A DNA stretch of 18,370 nt from an uncultured archaeon. Its GTDB lineage: Archaea > Asgardarchaeota > Lokiarchaeia > Sigyniarchaeales > SOKP01. How positions within the stretch are numbered: position 1 is the stretch's first letter; every line of letters starts with the position of its first letter. The position numbers and the translations under genes were made by a program. The DNA lies in NCBI GenBank assembly GCA_964493715.1, contig CAZBPC010000007.1, positions 57,710 through 76,079 of the forward strand, given 5' to 3'. This document shows, in pieces, positions 13,877-18,370 of this stretch. The notes beneath the pieces were generated by a model. The model was not told the origin of the DNA, did not search any database, and saw only the letters and a program-made list of their open reading frames with translations.

Positions 13877-16627
13877 ATGGAAGGTTCTGTTTTAGTAATA
13901 GGCGCTGGCATAGCAGGAATCCAATCTTCACTGGATCTAACTGAACTTGGCTTTAAGGTTTATCTTATCGAAAAAGAAGCTTATATTGGAGGACATATGG
14001 CTCAATTCGACAAATTATTTCCTGCTAACGACTGTAGTTTATGCGTGCTCGCTCCAAAGATGGTTGCGGTGTATAGAAATCCTAATATTTCTCTCTATAC
14101 ATTATCTGAAGTTAAAAAAGTATCTGGGAAAGCTGGAAACTTTAAAATTAGTATCCAGAAGAGTCCTCGATACGTAGATGAAAGCCGATGTAAAGGATGT
14201 GGAGATTGTGCTGCAAAATGTCCTAGAGTGGAAGCCCCGAATCTCTTTGACATGAATTTAGGAAAAAGAAAATCCATTTACATCCCTTTCCCACAAGCAA
14301 CTCCTCCTGTGTATCTTATAGACCCGGAGATTTGTCTTTATCTCAATAGGAATGTGTGTCGGGTATGTGAAAAAGTTTGCCAGGCTGGAGCAATAGATTT
14401 TGGTCAGAAACCAGAGGATATAGAGTTTAATGTTGGTGCAATTGTAATTGCGACCGGGTATGAAATGCTAAGCGAAGAATTAGCTTCGAAATGGGGATAT
14501 CAATACAAAAATGTCGTGAATGCTTTAGAATATGAAAGAATTCTTAGCCCTACTGGACCATTTGGAACCCAAATTTTAAGACCCAGTGATGAAAAAGAAC
14601 CAAAAAGTATCGCATTTATCCAATGTGCTGGATCCAGTTATTTAAATGATAATGTTCCCTATTGCTCTCGAGCTTGTTGCATGTATACAACGAAGGATGC
14701 AGTTTTGACGAAACAATATTCTCAAGACATTCAGATTTCTATATTTAGGCATAATATCAGAGTATTTGGCAAAAATTTTTATGAGTATACCAAGGAAGCT
14801 CAAGTTGATTATGGTATAAACTACTTCAATTCTAACATTAATTCTATTGAAGAAGAACCAGAAACTCATGATATTATCATTAATTTTGATGATTTAAGAA
14901 AGGATGAATATGGAAAGAATTATAGGGCAAATTTAGTAGTTCTCGCAGCTCCATTAGTACCTTCTCGTGGATCTAGAGATTTGGCTGATATTATAGATGT
15001 TAGGCTAGATAATTTTGGATTTTTTCAAGAATCTTCTTATTTTGACAAGTTACTATCGACTAAAGAGGGGGTATATTTATGTGGGTTCTGTCAAGGTCCA
15101 ATGGTCATTTCAGAGACAGTTGCAAATGCGAGTGGAGTTGCATCTCAAATATCTACGTTTTTGAATTCTGCTAGATACACGCAAGTAGTTGACAAAGAAA
15201 TTGAGACCAAATCTGAAGAAGAAATAATAAGGATTGTTCCTCGAACATTAATAATTGGCGGTGGCATATCTGGAATAACAGCAGCGTTAAATATAAGTAA
15301 TCAGGGATTTGAGACAATTCTAGTTGAAAAAAAAGATAAATTGGGTGGAAATTTGAATCATCTCAACTTGATCTATCCGACTCAAATAAAAGCATCAAAT
15401 TTCTTAGAGGATAAGTTAAACCAATTATCTAACAAAGAAAATGTTAAAGTCTTTCTCAATTCTTATATAGAGGAGTTGGAAGGGTCAATAGGAAATTACC
15501 ATGTAAAAATTGCCAATCAAGAAAATAAATATAATTTTGAAGTAGGTACTATTATTGTAGCAACTGGAAGTAAAGAATTTAAACCTCAGGGTCTTTTTCA
15601 ATATAATGAGAGAAATAGAAACGTTTTAACACAATTAGAATTAGAAGAGCGATTAAAACGAGGGGATAAAGATTGGCTTAAAAATATTGAACATATCACC
15701 ACAATAATGTGTGTGAATGCCCGACAAAAGGGTGGATTTTCCTATTGTTCTAATATATGTTGTAGTAATACTATTAAAAACATTAGCATATTAAAAAAAT
15801 TGAAACCACAATTAAAAGTTGTTGTTCTGTTTAGAGAATTACATATGGCTAAAAAGGAATTTGAAGAATACGTAAGCAAGAGAAAAAAAATTGCTGAGTA
15901 TTTAAAATATGATTTAGAAAATCTACCACATCTAACTAAGATTAATGATAGTCCAGAGAGATATGAGATAAACGTTCAAAACATCGTGGATCAAAAGGAA
16001 ACGATTAGGTTTGAAACCGATCTCGTTATATTGTCCACGCCAATGATCCCTCCCGAAGATGTGCACGATCTTGCTGAAAAAATAAAAGTCCCCATCGATG
16101 AAAATGGATTTTTCATAGAAGCTCATAAAAAACTCAGACCCTTGGATTTGACAACTTATGGGATTTTCATTTGTGGGTGTGCTCAATGGCCTAAAAATGT
16201 TCAGGATTCCATTTTAGAAGCTAATGCAGCAGCTGGGAGAGCAAGTAGATTTTTAAGCATTAAAGAAATATCGACTACCAAATTAGAGATGTTGTCAGTT
16301 TTCCTCTCTATAGAATGTTTTTTCAAGGATATGAAAGTAAATATTGAAAGATGTAATGGTTGTGGTCAATGTGCTGAAGTTTGTCAATTTAAAGCGATTA
16401 CGCTCGAGGATTTAAAACAAGAATACGAAGATGTGAGTATTTCCACGAAAAAAGCACATATTAATCCCGCTTTATGTAAAGGGTGCGGTAAATGTTCAGC
16501 AACATGTCGCTTAAAAGCAATAGAACCCCTCCATTATGATTTTAAGCAACTAACCTCTATAGTTGAACCATACTTTCTTGATAAAAGCAAGAGGAAAGAA
16601 ACCGAAGAATACATGTATGCTGAATAG
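13877..16627 (+). CDS. hdrA: Third HdrA-family protein (916 aa), close paralogue of the 8491 gene lacking the central Fe-S domain
   Basis: MEGSVLVIGAGIAG matches MQGSVLVIGGGIAG, so ATG 13877 is preferred. Contains ANDCSLC, a ferredoxin insert, CSRACC, GGGISG, CSNICC and a C-terminal ferredoxin. A 32-nt block is identical at 8854-8885 and 14240-14271. Confidence 0.9.
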   Translation: MEGSVLVIGAGIAGIQSSLDLTELGFKVYLIEKEAYIGGHMAQFDKLFPANDCSLCVLAPKMVAVYRNPNISLYTLSEVKKVSGKAGNFKISIQKSPRYVDESRCKGCGDCAAKCPRVEAPNLFDMNLGKRKSIYIPFPQATPPVYLIDPEICLYLNRNVCRVCEKVCQAGAIDFGQKPEDIEFNVGAIVIATGYEMLSEELASKWGYQYKNVVNALEYERILSPTGPFGTQILRPSDEKEPKSIAFIQCAGSSYLNDNVPYCSRACCMYTTKDAVLTKQYSQDIQISIFRHNIRVFGKNFYEYTKEAQVDYGINYFNSNINSIEEEPETHDIIINFDDLRKDEYGKNYRANLVVLAAPLVPSRGSRDLADIIDVRLDNFGFFQESSYFDKLLSTKEGVYLCGFCQGPMVISETVANASGVASQISTFLNSARYTQVVDKEIETKSEEEIIRIVPRTLIIGGGISGITAALNISNQGFETILVEKKDKLGGNLNHLNLIYPTQIKASNFLEDKLNQLSNKENVKVFLNSYIEELEGSIGNYHVKIANQENKYNFEVGTIIVATGSKEFKPQGLFQYNERNRNVLTQLELEERLKRGDKDWLKNIEHITTIMCVNARQKGGFSYCSNICCSNTIKNISILKKLKPQLKVVVLFRELHMAKKEFEEYVSKRKKIAEYLKYDLENLPHLTKINDSPERYEINVQNIVDQKETIRFETDLVILSTPMIPPEDVHDLAEKIKVPIDENGFFIEAHKKLRPLDLTTYGIFICGCAQWPKNVQDSILEANAAAGRASRFLSIKEISTTKLEMLSVFLSIECFFKDMKVNIERCNGCGQCAEVCQFKAITLEDLKQEYEDVSISTKKAHINPALCKGCGKCSATCRLKAIEPLHYDFKQLTSIVEPYFLDKSKRKETEEYMYAE

Positions 16628-16660
16628 AATTCTACAAAATTTAAATAATAAATTTTTCTA

Positions 16661-16668
16661 TTTTTTTT
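16661..16668 (+). terminator. Candidate oligo-T terminator
   Basis: T8 run after the hdrA stop, between convergent genes. Confidence 0.4.
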
Positions 16669-16737
16669 ACTTCCCCTGGAAAATGGACAAAAGAAATGAA
16701 CAAGTTTGATTAGGAGTACAAGTTATTTAAGAAATTT

Positions 16738-17934
16738 TCAATTACCTTTTAGATTTTCTGCAAATTTATATAATAATATTAAAACAACCAGAAGCATCGT
16801 AGAAATTATGAGAATTATCATATATACTAAGGTTATTCCTCCGGAATTAAAAAATGGTTCTAATGTTGTTGGAACGAAAGCAATTCCGACAAAAAGAAAC
16901 GCCGTTGTTAGACCCGCGAGAGCACCACGTCTTTTTTTTGATATCGTTTGGCTATAAAACATGACTAATGTCATTAATATTCCCCCAGCGAAACCCATAA
17001 AGAGAAGTCCAAGGGAAGTGAACAGAAGCGCTTCGAAACTGTTATAACCGAATAATACTAATATTAGATTAGCAATAAATAATGAAATAAATCCGATCGT
17101 TAAGGCAAGTTTTACCCCTTTATGTTTAATAATGAATCCCGTTAAAATACCGCCAAAAAATCCCATTACCCCAAATATAGCAATTACTATTCCTGAAATC
17201 GCCTCGGGAATTATATGAGTAAATGATCGCGAAGTCCAGATTACAGCTGCAGTAGAAGTATGTGAAAGCAAAAATGCTGATATAACTAATAAGATGACTG
17301 GTAAGCGACGCATTTCTTGAGTTAAATGGGAGAAAAATGTTCGAATCCTTGCATCACTTTTAGTGACCGATTGATTTTTTCTTAAAATATTAATAATTAG
17401 CATACCTAGTACTGTAATACTCAAAAATATCACGTACATATATCTCCAGCCCACATTTATTATTATACCCGCAAGTAATGGACCTATACCGACTCCTAAA
17501 TTAGCAACAGCACCCAACAAGCCTATTTTTTTGGAAATTTTAGGTCCGGGAGTGATATCCGTGAGCAATGCTATTAAAACAGGATTGACAAAACCAAAAC
17601 CAATTCCAGCTAAGATATTAGCAATAATAAAAACTAATAACGAAAAGGATGATGTTGCTATGACCATTCCTATTCCAAAAATTGTTAATCCTAAAAGAAT
17701 TACGGGAAAACGACCTTTTACGTCGGAAATAGCTCCAGAAAATAGTTGAACTAATGCAAATGGGAACATGAATGATGGTATCGCAATCAATATGGCGTTA
17801 GGAATTACTGAAAATTCCAAAGAAAGTACACCGAATAAAACTAAAATAACGTTTCCTGTAAGGGGACCTAATGCGTATAGTATAAAAATAATTGCTTCAC
17901 CTAAACTTGAAGTTTTGATCGGTTCCGTATTCAT
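16738..17934 (-). CDS. Major facilitator superfamily transporter (drug:H+ antiporter-like)
   Basis: 398 aa with about 12 hydrophobic segments. MFS motif A-like GAISDVKGRFPV and motif C-like GVGIGPLLAG. Ends in TGA. Confidence 0.9.
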   Translation of the reverse strand: MNTEPIKTSSLGEAIIFILYALGPLTGNVILVLFGVLSLEFSVIPNAILIAIPSFMFPFALVQLFSGAISDVKGRFPVILLGLTIFGIGMVIATSSFSLLVFIIANILAGIGFGFVNPVLIALLTDITPGPKISKKIGLLGAVANLGVGIGPLLAGIIINVGWRYMYVIFLSITVLGMLIINILRKNQSVTKSDARIRTFFSHLTQEMRRLPVILLVISAFLLSHTSTAAVIWTSRSFTHIIPEAISGIVIAIFGVMGFFGGILTGFIIKHKGVKLALTIGFISLFIANLILVLFGYNSFEALLFTSLGLLFMGFAGGILMTLVMFYSQTISKKRRGALAGLTTAFLFVGIAFVPTTLEPFFNSGGITLVYMIILIISTMLLVVLILLYKFAENLKGN

Positions 17935-18120
17935 GATAATTCATCTATTCAATTTTTAAAGATATTAGTATAAAAAATTGGTTTCTCATATTAAACTCTC
18001 TGCTATTAAAAAATAAAAAAAAGTAAAGAAAAACAAAAAAACGATGATAGAAAATTGGACTATAGAAATATTATTAATTCAGAAGAAAATATGATCTCTA
18101 AAATCAATTGTGTTTATTGA

Positions 18121-18370
18121 ATGAATTCAAAAAAAACCGGTTATGAGAGAGAAATGCCTAAAACGCATTTCTATCACATTATAATACCCATCACTTTTAT
18201 GGTAATCTGGATTCTGGACACAAATATTTTTCGGATATCGACTATACTGGATGATTATATTCCTTTTATCTTGCGATTTATATTATTCATAGTTATATTG
18301 ATTATAGCCTATTCTTTCATATATATATCACATAAAACTCTATTTAAATCGCATGAACCACCTACTACTC
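18121..18370 (+). CDS. 3'-partial membrane protein, possibly isoprenylcysteine/phospholipid methyltransferase (ICMT/PEMT) family
   Basis: ATG 18121 is open to the window end: MNSKKTGYEREMPKTHFYHIIIPITFMVIWILDT...LFIVILIIAYSFIYISHKTLFKSHEPPTT, with two TM segments. The diagnostic family motif would lie beyond the window, so the family call is tentative. Confidence 0.6.
   Translation, partial: MNSKKTGYEREMPKTHFYHIIIPITFMVIWILDTNIFRISTILDDYIPFILRFILFIVILIIAYSFIYISHKTLFKSHEPPTT

Noticed and set aside
1997-17959. Short antisense or alternate-frame ORFs in the track (e.g. 1997-2263, 2283-2495, 4114-4317, 5543-5830, 9200-9433, 12478-12762, 16706-16957, 17531-17749)
   Set aside because: They overlap well-supported genes and have no recognisable motifs. 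They are shadow ORFs.
1-18370. Genome-wide UGA reassignment (Trp or Gly code)
   Set aside because: In-frame TGAs occur only in two genes and only at Cys sites. Trp is TGG in the codons I checked, and TGA terminates the first CDS and the MFS gene.

Overview
AT-rich archaeal window, most likely from an Asgard archaeon (Lokiarchaeia-like; inferred from the eukaryote-type SECIS and the gene content). Its core is a same-strand heterodisulfide-reductase-like cluster: hdrA(Sec)-mvhD(Sec)-[SECIS]-frhB-like-frhB-like-hdrD-like-hdrA(long, Cys)-mvhD(Cys). This is followed by a UroD/MtaA-family gene and a third hdrA. The ORF track misses the most notable part. The fragments at 2375-2698 and 2714-4045 belong to one 656-aa HdrA (2075-4045) with four in-frame TGA codons. 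An unannotated 147-aa MvhD (4051-4494) has two more. All six TGAs fall exactly on Cys positions of the Cys-only paralogues in this same window, and a eukaryote-like SECIS hairpin (AUGA...GA core, A-rich loop) starts 2 nt after the mvhD stop. Other points: the HdrD-like gene has no canonical start codon (probable AUA start), the UroD-family gene is bracketed by a duplicated mvhD 3' end, and the HdrA N-terminal-type Fe-S domain occurs in Sec-rich, all-Cys and deleted versions. Flanks: a 5'-partial acidic surface-type protein, an MFS transporter and a 3'-partial membrane protein.
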